Assembly (NCBI RefSeq): GCF_036321535.1
Contig: NC_087437.1
Span: 18,664,001 to 18,728,000, forward strand
Direction: 5' to 3'
DNA from: Camelus dromedarius
Lineage: Eukaryota
Length of the DNA: 64,000 nucleotides
The notes beneath the pieces were generated by a model. That model was not told the DNA's origin. It saw nothing but the letters and a program-made list of their open reading frames with translations, and did not search any database. This document shows positions 11,601 to 24,783 of this stretch, one piece after another; the stretch's first letter is position 1, and each line of letters starts with the position of its first letter. A program made the translations under genes and the position numbers.

Positions 11601-13500
11601 TGTTGAGTTTTCAGTGTTCTTGGTATATTTTAGATTCAAGGTTTTTTAAAAAAAATCTGGAACAATCTTTAATGCGTTGTAGGATTCATTTCACATATGG
11701 TAAAAAAAGATTTTTTTCAACCATTTTGGCTTCAGTTATACTTTAAACACTATGTGTAGGTTGACGGTTAAATACTTTTGTCAATCATTAATTCTAAAAA
11801 CATAACAAAGATATTTAGATATAAGTTCTTTATCAGGTAGTGTTTTTGCAAATATTTTCTCCCAGTCTGTGGCTTATCTTGTTCTCTTTATTTCTGTTTG
11901 ATTTTTTAAATTTTCCTCCTCTTCACTTTGTGTTTCTATTAAGGAATTATGTTTGTTTTGTGTTCCTTTTAGTTTAGTTATGTCTGAAATTATTTTTATT
12001 TTTAATTCTTAAGTGAGTTCTATTCATTTCTCAGAGTTTTTCTAATCCTTATTTATGTTATTTTTTCATATTGTGTATGATTTTTAAAAATTTCTTTTAG
12101 CTCATTTTGAAATAGTATTTTACGGATTTATCTTTTGTGTAGGCATGCCCTTCTGATGCTTTTATTATCTGTAAAGAGAGTAGTCTGCTCTTTCTTTCTT
12201 AACTACTTTTTCTGGAACTAGAGTTCAGTACCCTTCTTAGGTCATTTTTGTGTAAACTTAGTTTTCCTGAATTTGTAGAAAGGAGTATGGTTTGGGATTG
12301 CTTTCTAAACTTCAGGTTCTCGGGTTCCCTTTTCTGTTGTTTTTGGATGATGTTAAAAATCACGGGGGCACACTTTCTGAGCTGGCTGCTGTGTTTCCTT
12401 CCCCGTTTTCCCTTAGATCTTCTCTTTCCTATACTGTGGTGTCCCTGGGCCCCTCAGTCTGGACTCTCTTACAGAAGTTTCTTCTCAGTGTGGGATTTTG
12501 GACTGGAAGAGAGCCTGGGCTGGCTTGGTGTGAGGGTTCCCCCTTCAGACCCCCGTGCGCTGTCAGAACGTGCAGAGCGCCTCCCGCGTCAGCTGCTCTC
12601 ACTGTCGCGCCTCCTGTGCAGTGCAAATGAAGTTGTTTTTAGTGTCAAGGCCAAATGGATTTTCTGCCTTATAATCTACCAGTTTCTCAAAATCTTACCT
12701 GATTTTTGTTTTCTTCACAGCTGAACCATGATTTTTTTGTACAGTCTTGTTTTTCCAGGCTCTTCAGGTGGCCTTTCTCTGTTCTTACTGCGAGTGGATA
12801 TGTATTTTTTCTTTGCCCAGGTCCCTAATGTCTGTTTGTATTTTTTACTCGTTATTTATTGCTTGGAATTATTTTCATTCTTAATGACAATATTCTTGGG
12901 CATCTGTTGGCTCCCTATTCAAAACTAGATAGGTCGCTTTCCAGGCCTGCTGCCCAGTGGCCGCCCTGGGCTTGCATTCATGGAACCCTTGCTTTAGTTC
13001 CATCAGTTTTCAAATCCCACAACTGCCAGTTTCACCTTTGTTTGCTGGAAAAATATCCTTAAGTAATTTCCTAATAAAGGGCATCTAGGAGATAATACTA
13101 CGTGACCCTCATGCAAAGTTGATACTTCTGCTGAGTATCGTGGTTTGGCTTTACAAGGTTTTTTTCTGACATTTAAAAAAATTTTTTTAATTTATTATTG
13201 TATTATTTAATTATTTTATTTTGGCTGGGGGAGGTAGTTAGGTTTATTTATTTTTAGAGGAGGTACTGGGGATTGAACAGAGGACCTTCTGCATGCTAAG
13301 CATGTGCTCTACCACCTGAGCTGTACCCTCCCCCTCTTTCCTGAGATTTTTTGAAAGCCTTCTTCCAATATCTTCTCTTCTCCATTGTCTTGAATAAGAA
13401 GTTTTATGCCAGTCTGAACCTCCTAAATTTTTTCTTTCTAGAAGCTTTTGGGGGCTTATCTTTATTTTCCAAAATTTTATATAATGATGTGTTTAGAAAT
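8700..13500 (-). mobile_element. Cluster of decayed L1 fragments (L1M-type) in the FAIM intron
   Basis: T-rich + strand; ORF 11302..11592(-) resembles the L1 ORF2 C-terminus (KWAKDL..SKED.QM..KHMKRCS..HYTPIRMAK); L1 3'-end-like sequence at ~10600-11300. Boundaries approximate. Confidence 0.75.
13182..13334 (-). mobile_element. tRNA-derived SINE (vic-1-like)
   Basis: Reverse complement of the same SINE family (GGAGGTACTGGGGATTGAAC..GCATGCTAAGCATGTGCTCTACCAC on +) with a T-rich tail. Confidence 0.85.
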
Positions 13501-15066
13501 GTATTAGCTCACCAGCTACTTTACTTTTAGGTGAAAAATGGTGCTTTAGCATTGTTTTTATTTGCCTTTTCCAAGATTGAGTGAAGTTGAGCATCTCTTC
13601 ATATGTTTAAGGTCCTTCTGCGCTTCTTTTCTGATAATGCCTGTGTATGTCCTTTGACCCGTTTTCTTTTGGGGTGTTGGTCTGTTTCTCCTTGATTGCT
13701 AGGAGTCCTTGTTACTAAGATTAGCCCTTTGTGTTGTGAGCTTCAAATATTTTTGCCCAGTTTGTCATTTACTGTATGACTTTGCTAATGTGTGTGCATG
13801 TGTTTTTGTTTTAATCACGCGGAAGTCTTTTTACTTTCATGTGGTCAAATTTGCTCCATTTTTATGGCTTCTGGATTAGCGATGTTCTTCAGAGGCAGGC
13901 TAATAATAGCTAGTATAGAAAATCTGAGTACATGGACATGCCCAGTAGGCCCACTCATAAAATTCCAGTTGTCACCGTCACCATCGTGGTTAATTTTAGC
14001 CCCGTGTGCTCTGATACTGTCGGGACCAGCTGGGTTTCCCTGCAACGGTGGCCGTAGGTGCTTCCAACTCAGGCTGCCATTGGGGTGACTCTCCCATAGC
14101 TCCTGGGCCTCTCTGCCTTCCTCTCCCTCCCTCTAGCCCAGCTCACAGCCCTTTCTCCACTCTCTGAGTGAGGCTCTCATCTCCAGGTGTGGAGGAAAGA
14201 CTGTCTTCCTGGAGTAGATGGCTTGTCAGCGTTGAGGCGCCTCTGCCTTGACCCCCAGGCAGGTTTTGACCCCTGGACTCCACGTGCACACACGGGACAT
14301 GCTTCTCTTTGGTCTTCATGGTAACACCCAGGTTTCTCTCCTGCTGCTTCCCAGACGTGAATGTTCACAAGTGGGTCCGGAGATCCTCCCCCAAAATGCT
14401 CGTGCGTTTGCGCACACGTGCACACGCATACCCACTGCCGTGGAGAGAGCTACGGCAGCTTAACTCACGCCTGAGTGTCCTGTGGCAGCATCTTGTTCTA
14501 CTGTGTCAGCGCTGTACTCAGCACAGCCCAGCAAGCATTATACCTATGTCTTTTCTTACGAGCCAATAATCTTTCACCAAAGTGAAACCATTACAAAAAT
14601 GGGTAGAGATTTTTGTATTATCCAGTAAGAAACGTAAGGCTGCATTGCTGTCTGTCCTCTCTGAACCTCATGGCAGGCTTTTTTGCTGGTCTCTTTGTAC
14701 CGTCATTCGGTGGGGTCATGTCAGAGGTAAAGGGGATCATCTAGTCACTGATATGAAAAATATTAAAGGATGTTCCATGTGGAAACCTCCCTCTTCATGT
14801 TCATTTGTCTGCATGCTCCTTTAAAGATTTTATTTAACAGTGTTCATCAATTTGTACTGGGATCATGATTTTCTCTGAAAAGATTGGCTTCATTTTGATT
14901 TTGTTTGTGAACTAAGAATAAACATAATTTCTTCAAATTTAGAAGGATTTCAAAATCATGAATAGTTAATGGAGTTTTAGAAATGCAGTGTATCAAACTT
15001 TTCTTAAAATAATAGAGTTATCTTTAAATCATAGATTATAATTTTTTTACTCTATTACTTTTACAG

Positions 15067-15116
15067 AAAAAGACACTATGGATGTGTGGTGCAATGGTAA
15101 AAAAATGGAGACAGCA
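15067..15116 (+). CDS. FAIM: FAIM coding exon: (E)KDTMDVWCNGKKMETA
   Basis: ttacag| acceptor and GCA|GTAAGT donor; 50 nt, phase-consistent with its neighbours. Confidence 0.96.
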
Positions 15117-17316
15117 GTAAGTTGACCTTTTGATTATTCTCAGCCCCTTGTGCATAAGTTACCGTTGAAATGTTGCTGGGTTTCCTAATTATGGAGATTT
15201 TATAAATTAGTGAAGGTCCTCTTGGTTAAAAACAAAAAAGAGATGAAGTTCTCCTGACTCCAAAATCTGAAGCCCTTTCTTGGACAGTGCCTGGGGCAGT
15301 GGGAGTTTGGAAACAATTTATGGTGTGACCGGCACCAACCTCATACTCTGCCTTTTCTCTCCTGGACCAGGCTCTATCCTAAAAGGAGTTCCCCCATTTT
15401 AAAAATTTCTCCCCCAAAGTTGTGCCCTCCTGTGTTTATCCATGTTACAGTGCTGGTTTATACCACTGCTTCTCAAACTTGCATGCACAGAATCAGCTGG
15501 GATCTTGGTATAATGACGTGTCCTCAGGTGATGCCAGGGCCGCTGGTCTATGGGTCACACTCTTAATAGGAAGGCTTTATGGCATACACTCAAAGCAGAT
15601 GGTACTTTTCTTAAAGCAAAGGTTATGAAAAAGACGACATGCTGGCAATGACAGATGACACCAAGGCAGGCAGGAAAGGGCACTGTCACAAACCCTGGAA
15701 GACAAGTGGAATTTGGAGACCCACAGTGCCAAGAGGCTGCCCCACTCGTCATAGCTGAGCGCACTGTGGTCCCCATCCAGACCCCAAGGTGCTGGGCATT
15801 TGCTGTCAGCAGCTTGCACTGTTCTGGCTGCGGTGGGGTGAGTGTAGGAGTGCATGTCAAGTGGGAATGAAATCACAGCGGGGTGCACCGCACAGGGAGG
15901 AAGTGAAACAGGGGAGCCAGTCAAGGGCAGCAGGGAGTGGGACTAGGAGCTGAAATCACTGGGTGGAAATTTGCATGTGTTTTGGGGTCGCCCCTGGTAT
16001 CCCCTTTCATGCTGGCCTCAGACATGAACACCAGGGCTAGAGATCATGAGAAACTCTCACCTGATGTGCATTCTAGCTGGTTGCGCGTTGTAACCATCGT
16101 CCTCTGTATCTACTGTAGGTCTGAGAGGTGAGGCGGTGCTCTTGAGGGAAGGTCTAGGATCAGTTTATTCTGCAGATTAGCTAGAACCTGTTGGATCTTG
16201 TAGCTGGTTCTGTTCAGGAAGTGCCCAAGCCAGAGATCAAAAGTTACAAAGATGAATGCTTATCTGTTTTTCAATCTGGTGTTAATTCTTCAAGGGAAAT
16301 TTACCCATGGTTCACTCAAAACTGATCCTCAGAGCTCGAGCCACCCTGTGGGTTGAATCTACCCGTAGTGATTTTTATGCCAAGAGGCTGGGAGAGCTCC
16401 TCAGTATTTCGTGGCCCCTTAGGGACCAGCTTCAGTTTCCATTAACATGGATCACATGCCTGTTGTGTGGACCTGGTGGTCCTTCCTGTTTTTTCTTTCC
16501 TACCCTGTATTCTCTAGATGGAGAATCAGCAGTTTGGGATCATATTCCCTCCCACCCGCAAGGAATCCCCCAGTGCAAATGTAAAGGGAATGTTGTTTTA
16601 AGAATGTGGTTGTAAATAAGTAAGAAGTTGAAAATAATATTAATCCACAGTGTCTCTGTGCCTCGGTAATTGACAAGAAACCACAAGTGTTTTGGCAGTA
16701 GCTCATTCTCACCCAGTTGCCTCCTCTTTGTAACTACACCCTAGTTTGCAGGGCAGCTTTGGCAGCTCCACATCTGGGCAGCCTTCCCCGGCGCTGTGCA
16801 CACCTGCTCTTGCTGCCTATGAGTTACAGCTTATTTTCACATTTTCCTTTTCATCTCAAAGCATCACGACCACGATTATGTATCTGACAAATTGCCAAGA
16901 AGCTACTTACAGGGATTGTATTATTTAACGCTTGCCTGGCCCTCTAACTTGATTTTTACAGAAGTTATGACCCAAAGGCTTTCTCAAAGCTCAGTGTGAA
17001 TGAGAGTGGAAGGAATATGCTGGACTCCAGGGCCAGCGCCCTGGTCCTCGTGGTGCTCAGTCTACCTCCCGTGTTGGCCGGAGCCAGGAAAGAGCTGCTC
17101 TCTCTGGTGCCCCCTGTGCTTTCCCTGTTAGACAGTATTAGCTGCGGGGCTTTGTTCTGTCTGCTTTGGCTGCCAGGAAGCTAACAGCCAAGTTTTAAGT
17201 CTGATGGTGCTTTCTGTGCTTTCTTTGCTTTCTGGCATAATTCGTTTTCATCCTCTAGGCCTCCTGTTCTTCCTTCTCTGTACTACTTGGCCCCTGTCTT
17301 TTTACTCTAGATCAGC

Positions 17317-17630
17317 CAGTGCTGTTCAACAGAAATATAACATGAGCTTCCTATGTAAGTCTGCTAGTACCCACATGTCCAAAGTTTTACAGTGAACTTC
17401 ATCTTAATAAAAATTTGATTTAAATAAGTATATCAAAAATATTATCATTTAACATGTAATAAATATAAAACTCACCTTCTAGACAGTTATTTTACATTCT
17501 TTGTTTCATACTAAGTCTTTCAAATCCAGGGTATATTTTACACTTAAGCGGCATACCTTATTTCAGACTCAGCACGTTTCATGCCCTGTTGCCACATGTG
17601 GCTAGTGGCTACTGTAATGGACAGAGCAAG
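17317..17630. mobile_element. hAT-Charlie MITE, MER33-like
   Basis: Ends CAGTGCTGTTCAACAGAA ... GCCACATGTGGCTAGTGGCTACTGTAATGGACAG, flanked by TCTAGA target-like sites. Confidence 0.65.
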
Positions 17631-18222
17631 TCTAGACTCAGCAGTGTTCGGTTTTATATTATTTTTCTTTATGTTCTGCATGTACTGTAAGCCACCTTAT
17701 ACCCTGGGGATCAGGTTTTCAGAGTTGTTAAGAACACACCCCCCTTTACTGACTGGCACCTGCAGCAAGTTATTTGCCCACTCCGTGCCTCGGTGTTCGC
17801 ATGTAGAAAAGGTGGCCAATAATCATACTGCAATCCGGGTTACTGTGCAAATGCAGTGAAATAACGCATGTAAACCATTCCTTGTATAGAATAAGTCACT
17901 AATAAATGATTGCTATCAGGTTTATCATTTTTCGTTTTGAAAATAGTCTATATTGTCTACATAGTATAAGGTATAGACACAGCCATGAGATGTACTTTTT
18001 TTTTCTCCCTGGAGTCTTGAAGATTGTAGGGGGTACAAAAAAGAAACTTCCAACTCATAACAGATGTAAAAGAATCTAAATATGAGCTTCTAACTTTAAT
18101 TTTGCAAAACCTAACATTTAACTAATACGTACTTCATTATACCACCCCTTTTAGGTGGTGTCAGCGGTCCATACTAAGATTTTTTTCTGGAGCATTAATT
18201 CCTCCTCCTCTCGTTTGCCCAG

Positions 18223-18372
18223 GGCGAGTTTGTGGATGACGGAACTGAAACTCACTTCAGCGTTGGGAACCATGACTGTTACATAAAGGCCGTCAGTAGC
18301 GGGAAGCGGAAAGAAGGGATTATTCATACTCTTATTGTGGATAACAGAGAAATCCCGGAGCTTCTCGAATGA
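18223..18372 (+). CDS. FAIM: FAIM last coding exon: GEFVDDGTETHFSVGNHDCYIKAVSSGKRKEGIIHTLIVDNREIPELLE*
   Basis: cccag| acceptor and TGA at 18370-18372; total CDS 44+133+229+50+150=606 nt = 201 aa. Confidence 0.97.
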   Translation, partial: GEFVDDGTETHFSVGNHDCYIKAVSSGKRKEGIIHTLIVDNREIPELLE

Positions 18373-18546
18373 CTTCACGTTAATGAATTTTAATCTTAAG
18401 TAGTAAAGAACAGGACTTTTAAATTACTGTGGTAATTAAATATGTTCAGTATGTACTTTTCAGTACACTCAGTCGCCATGTTTTTACTTCTTAGTTACTT
18501 GAAACTGTGGTGTTCCAAAGATCAGGGGAAGAAAATTATGGACGAT

Positions 18547-18672
18547 AATAAAAACTGCAATTTATTTTATAAATAATGTAAAATGTTTTAAAGTCAAATG
18601 GAAAATAAGATTTGGACCAAAATCACTAATGTTTTACAAGAGCAACTTTTACTATAATAAATATAAAATAAA
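18547..18672 (+). terminator. FAIM: FAIM polyadenylation signals
   Basis: AATAAA at 18547-18552, 18656-18661 and 18667-18672; GT/T-rich sequence follows the distal pair. Confidence 0.7.
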
Positions 18673-19239
18673 ATTAGTGCTCCTTGATTTGTGTTTCTAA
18701 AAACGGATGTCTTTGTGTATTTTTAGCCTGTGCAAATAGGTTGTCTCTCTGGTTTAAAGCAGTTGGTATATAATGATATTAGTTTAAGTGGAGAAAATGA
18801 GAAACATTTACTATCTGGAAACAATATTAAATGTGAAAGTGTCGCATAATTTAGTTTAAAATGGACTTCTGAAAACGTAAGTGTTTAATCAACACGATGA
18901 GGAACAACAACAACAACAAAAAATACCAAGCGGAAGAAGCAAACCACTTTACCCCAGACTGCATCAGCTGCATCCCCAGGCGGGGTTTAAACAGTCAGAG
19001 CTGCATATCCTCCTGGAGGTGGCACCAGTGTTACCAGCACTTTGTATCTGACGCAGGCCTGCCTGGGCAGACTCACAGAGTCATTTCAGTAAGCACGCGA
19101 GTTTGTGTCAGCACTCCCCCCTCCGAAGGCCTTTCAGGGCAGAGCATGGTTTAATAGTAGAGCCTTTTATCAGGGCATTTCATGTCCAGTATCACAGGGG
19201 GAGCCTCCATGAGAGGGGCAATTCTGCATTTTCTAGACT

Positions 19240-19440
19240 TGCTCAACTGTCCAGTGTGGTAGCCATTAGTCATGGAGCTATTAAAGTTAAATTAATTAAA
19301 ATGAAGCACAGGGAAACATTCAAATCTTTTCTCTCACACTAGCCACGTTTCAGGTGAGGCTAGTGGCTACCACACTGGACAGTGCACACACACAACATCT
19401 CCCTCATCCCACCAAGTTCTAGTGGGCAGCATCGACCTAG
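19240..19440. mobile_element. hAT-Charlie MITE remnant (MER3-like)
   Basis: CTGTCCAGTGTGGTAGCCATTAG..CACTAGCCACGTTTCA..GGCTAGTGGCTACC motif pattern. Confidence 0.5.
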
Positions 19441-22396
19441 AGACACTGTCTCGAATTTAGTGAGCTGTTTAGTACCCGCCCAGGCGGGATTTAAACCCAG
19501 GCTTTTCTGACACTGAAACCCATGAACTTTACAACTCTCTCCCTAGCACTAACATATTTCTAAGATTTGTGGCAGAATAGAGGCACAACCATGACGTAAC
19601 ATTAGGAAAGGGGCAGAAGAGCAGGGAGGGAAGGTGGCCCAGGCAGGCCTGGCACAGGGAGGTGACATGCATGGTGGCACACTGAGCGTATTTTAAACTT
19701 AGCCTTTGACTTGCTTCCTCTGACATTTGAAGTCTTCATAACTGGCAGGTCAGCACACCACCTTTACAAAAATTAGCCCCCTGCTGTCTCCCCTCCACCC
19801 ACCAGCGTTCCTTCTAGAGATGAACTAAGAAGGACTCTTCCAAGGCTTAGTAAACGCATTTTTGGGTTTGCTTTCAAGTGTTTGGGTGTTGTGGTTTTCA
19901 TTTCCCTTGACTAAAGGACTCTCTTAATGGCCATATTCTATCTGGTACAAAAAATGTTTTGTGCCAGATCCAAACACAAAGCAATTATTTTTAGGCACTC
20001 AGTTCTGAACTCTAGCTATCAGAGGTCAGAACTGTACTTTGCAGTGTGTGTGATGTATCTCAGCAAACACGTGGATGCAGTTTGAGCCAGTCTTTAGGAG
20101 ACCAATCCATGGGAATATAGTTTGCCTTTGACATTGTGAACCCATGTTTTTTGTTTGTTTTTAATTCAAAGCAGCATAGTAATGAGGAAGGAGCACAGCC
20201 TGGGTGTGCACTTTGCATGGAAGGTTAACTTCCTGAGCCTCAGTTTCTCCATCCTAAAAAATAAGGCTATTTGTTTTGTTTAATAAGATACTTCAGATGT
20301 ACAAAAAAATAGAAAACAATATAATAAACACTTGTGTTCTTTAACTGAGTGTACCTGTCACCAGGTTTAATAATGAAAGCATCACAACTGAAGAGCCTCA
20401 TGCCCTCGCTGTTCCCACAGCCCTCCCTTGCCCAAGTAATCACTGTTGTGAACTGGATGTTTATCATTCCCATGCAAGTCTGTATCCTTTTACTACAGAG
20501 GTATAGATATCCATGAAAAATATACAGTATCTTAAATTTTAAATGTTATATTCGTGGACCCGTCCTGCAACTTGCTTTTTTTCCATTCATATTGTCTTTA
20601 AAATTTATCTAGGTTGGTACTTTTAACTCCAGTTCCTTTAACTCCTGCATTCAACCGTACGAATTAAGCCATCTACTCACCTCAATAGTTTTCAGATTAT
20701 CATTAACACCATCAGCGCTCTAATGAACATCTTTGTGGATGTGCTTGGGTTTCTCTTCAGCTTTGCTATTTAAAGTATGTCCCTGGACCAGCAGCAATAA
20801 CGTCACCTAGGAGCGTTTTAAAAATGAACAATCTCAGATCTTTCCAGCCTGCCAATTAAGAATCTGTGTTTTAATGAGATCCCACTATGACACGTATGTA
20901 TATCAAAGATTGAGATGCACTACCCTAGGTGCACTCAGAAGTGAAACTGCTGAATGAAAGAGTAGGTGCATCTTCCATATTATTACAGATTTGCCAGATT
21001 GCTCTTGGAGGTGGTTATACTACCATAAACTTTGACCAGCACAGTTCTTTACCTTGTATATCTTCAAAACTTGATACAGTCAGGATTTTTGCCAATCTAA
21101 TTTTTTTTTTAATGGCATCTCGTTTTTATTTTCTCTAATTACTAGTCAAATAGAGTGTCTTACATGTTTATTGGCCATTCAGGTCTCCTTTTCCAAGAAT
21201 CACCTCCATTTTTTTTGCCTGTTCTGAGTTGTCATTTTCTAATAGATACGCAGTAGTTTTACATATATTGGAGAACTAATCCTTTGACTGCAGTCTTTCT
21301 CTGATCACAGTACAGAATGTGCAATAGATCAGCAAGTCTCATCACCCCTTCAATTTAAGACAGTATCTACATCCTCTAATGAGCTCTGAGAGCAGGGATC
21401 ACATCTTATTGTATCCCCCAGAACTGGCATGCCCCTCACAGATGGTAGTCAGTGAGATCTGCATTACTGCAGCTCAGAGGAGAGGTCTGGGATGGAGATA
21501 TACATATAAGCATCATCAGCATCTAGAGGAGATTTAAAGCAACGGGAGTGAACAACATCAACTAGGAAGGTTTTAGAAAAAAAAAATGGGGGGAGGGAGC
21601 CTAAGATTAAACACTGAAAAGCATTTGGGCAAAGGAGATCTCCATTAAGTAAGGAAATCCTAAAGCTATAGAACAAAAGACAGACATATTTAACCATCTA
21701 GAAATTTAAAAGTTGTATGGTAAAAGATACCATAAAGAAAGCCTATATACAGCCTATATAGATTTGGGGGAAATACTTGTAATGTGGATGACAATGGTCA
21801 ACACACATATAAAGAGCTCTTAAAAACTGATAAGAAAAAGTCAGGCTAATTGTAAAAAGGATAAAGGACATTAACAGCCTATTTAAAGAAAATGAAATCC
21901 AAAGAGCCAACAAGTATATTTTTTAACTGTTCAAATTATAGTTAGGGATATTATTTTAATAATGAAAATAGCAAAAAGTATTTAAAAGAGCAATGACATA
22001 TTACTGTCTGAGATGTTGAAGAAAGGGTACCCCTTCAAACTTTAATGATGAAAATAAGTAATTTAAGATCAAAGGAAAGCAATCTGACATTTATTAAACT
22101 AAAAATTCCATTTATATAAAGTTCAAAAATAGGCAGAAACTAATATATAGCCTTAGGAATCCACATAATGCTCACTTTAGTGGGGAGGTAGTAACTAGGA
22201 GCACAAGAAGACTTTCTGGGATGACATTTTCTATTTTTGATGTGGATGCTAGTGACAAAGATGTATTCACTTTGTGAAAATTAATGAAGCTATATACCTA
22301 TATGATTTTTACCTTTTGCCTGTATGTTTTCTGTACAAATGCTTAAATTTCGATAAAGATTTTAAAGGGTACTTATGATAAAGTTTTAAAAAACAC

Positions 22397-22424
<28 letters not shown>
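22397..22424 (+). repeat. (CA)14 microsatellite
   Basis: Direct reading. Confidence 0.9.
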
Positions 22425-22427
<3 letters not shown>

Positions 22428-24556
22428 CTCACACTTTTCTCTTAGGAATCCCATAAAAACAAAGCCATCAGTATCAGTATAAGGATATATACACAAGGAT
22501 GTTTACTGTAGCACTGTGCATAGCGGGAAGGGGGGAAAGAAACTGGAAATTGTTAATGCTCATCTACAGAGAAATGACTTAAAAAATTATTATATACCAT
22601 TTACTACAATTCAGCCATTCAAAAGAATGATCTGGAGGGATTTCTATGAAGTATTTTTGAGTTAAAAAAAGTGGGTTTAATATAATACAAATTTATTTAA
22701 AAAAAGAAGAAACAAAGGAAAAAAAAAAAAGACACCCTGTATAATGTATGTGTGTGTTATATCTGTATATTTTTTTCTGTATATGATTATACAAGCATGG
22801 AGAGAAATGTGAAAGGTTACAAACAGGTAACAGGAGCTATGTAATGGGAATGTGGAATGAGATGGATGGTGGGGAGGGGGTGACCAAACAAAATTCAAGG
22901 AAAAAAGATTTCACTTTAAAAAATGAAGCATTTATGATCACATTTATGCATTTATGTAAAAAATTTTATAAGAAATGTACAAAGGAAAAACAGAGATTGG
23001 ACAGAGAAGAAAGTGTTAGTAAAAGAGACCAAGTGTTTGGAGATAGCAGAAAATCTTAAAATGTAGAAGGCAAAGATGTAGAATGTATTATAAAACAGGA
23101 ATAGTTAACTATGGCAAATTGCTGCTGAGAAGATGAGAAGTATGAGAACAAAAAGGTTTCCATTAGATTTGACAACACCAAGGATGTTGGTGACAAAATT
23201 AATTTAGTCTAATGAAATGAGGCAGAAATCATAAAGTGAGCAAAGAGTTAGTAGGGGAGGGAGTAAAGGTGGGAAATGTAATGCTGGGAACTCTCTTGCT
23301 AACAACAACTTTAAAAATGGGTCAAAATGTAAAACATATCTTCTTGAAGGCACCAGAAAGCTAAAAAGGCAATGATGAATTTCTATGCCAAGGTGGAGAA
23401 GAAGGAAACCCAGAGTAGGAATCTAGGCATCTGGAAACATTTAAGCCTAGGAAAGTTTACTGATTCCAAAACAGGAGGTCCGGAGTCTAAACTGTACCTT
23501 GGACAGTGTTGCAGACCTAGGGAGATGAGCCTGGTGTCCAGGAATGCCACTGTTGGGCGACTCTAGCAAAACTCCCAAATTTTGAGCTGGGACCCCAAAG
23601 ACTGTAACTTAAGAAATAAGAATAAACAGAAAGTTGATCTGTTTTTGAAATAAGAATTACCTTGGATATGAGTATACAGTATAAACAAATAAATGAGCAA
23701 ACAAGACAGGACAACATGTGAATGGGCATCAACAGAAATAACCAACAATAGAAAGAAACCAGCAAGGTCTGCAGATTAAGAATTCATTAGATGTAGAGCT
23801 TAACACAATCATGCTTACAATATCCAGGGTAATAAAAGACAACTCTGAAAATTTCACAGAGAATAGAAAAATATAAAAGACACAGAAGAATTTTAAAAGA
23901 ACCAAAAAGAAACTGTAGAATTGAAAAATACAATAATGAAATTAACAACTCAAAATCAGAGAAACAGTAAACTGGAACATAAGTGAGAAGAAAATATCTA
24001 GGAGAAAAGTATAAAGAGATTAGAAGGAAGAGTGTAATAAATATAGACTACATAGTGAAAGGTCAAATATGTGTAAATGGAATTCCAAAAGAAGAGAGAA
24101 TTATGGAAAAACAGATTCGAAGAGAATTTTCCAAATGATGAAAGATAGCAAGCTATAGATTCGAGAAGCTCTGTAGACACCAAGCAAGAAGACTAGAAAG
24201 AAAACCAGCCCCAGGCATATCATAGTAAAACCGCTAAAAACCAAAGACAAACACAAAATCTTTAAAAGGGGCCAGTGGAAAGAACACACATTAAAATACT
24301 GTTAACTTTTCAATAGGAATAATAGGAGCAAGAGGACAACAGAAAAAATCCCTTCAAAGTGCTGACATAAGTAACTACCAACCTAAATTTCTATACCCAA
24401 CAAAACTATTTATCAGGCAAACAAAAGTTGAAGGAATTAATCAAGAGTAGAACAACTTAAAGAAATATCTTTGGTCTAAGAAAAAATGATGCCAGATGAA
24501 AACATGAAAATGCAGAAAAAGAGATAAGCAATGACCATGGTAAAAAAATTTATGTA

Positions 24557-24783
24557 CCGTTGACCCTTAAACAACATGGGTTTGAACTGCACAGGTCCAC
24601 TTATAATACACTTTTTTCAATAAATATGTATTATAGTACTAAATAATCTGTGGTTAGTTGAATCCATGGATGCAAAACCACATATAGGAAGGGGTGAATG
24701 TAAAGTTATAATCAGGTTTTTGACTGTGTGTATGGTGGGGGTGGCTGGCACCCCTAACCCCTGCATTGTTTAAGGCTCAACTG
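24557..24783. mobile_element. TcMar-Tigger MITE (MER8/Tigger2-type)
   Basis: Imperfect terminal inverted repeats CCGTTGACCCTTAAACAA ... TTGTTTAAGGCTCAACTG, flanked by TA on both sides. Confidence 0.85.

Noticed and set aside
12248..12724. 158-aa and 112-aa overlapping ORFs in the FAIM intron
   Set aside because: Low-complexity Leu/Phe/Ser translations within an antisense L1-like region.
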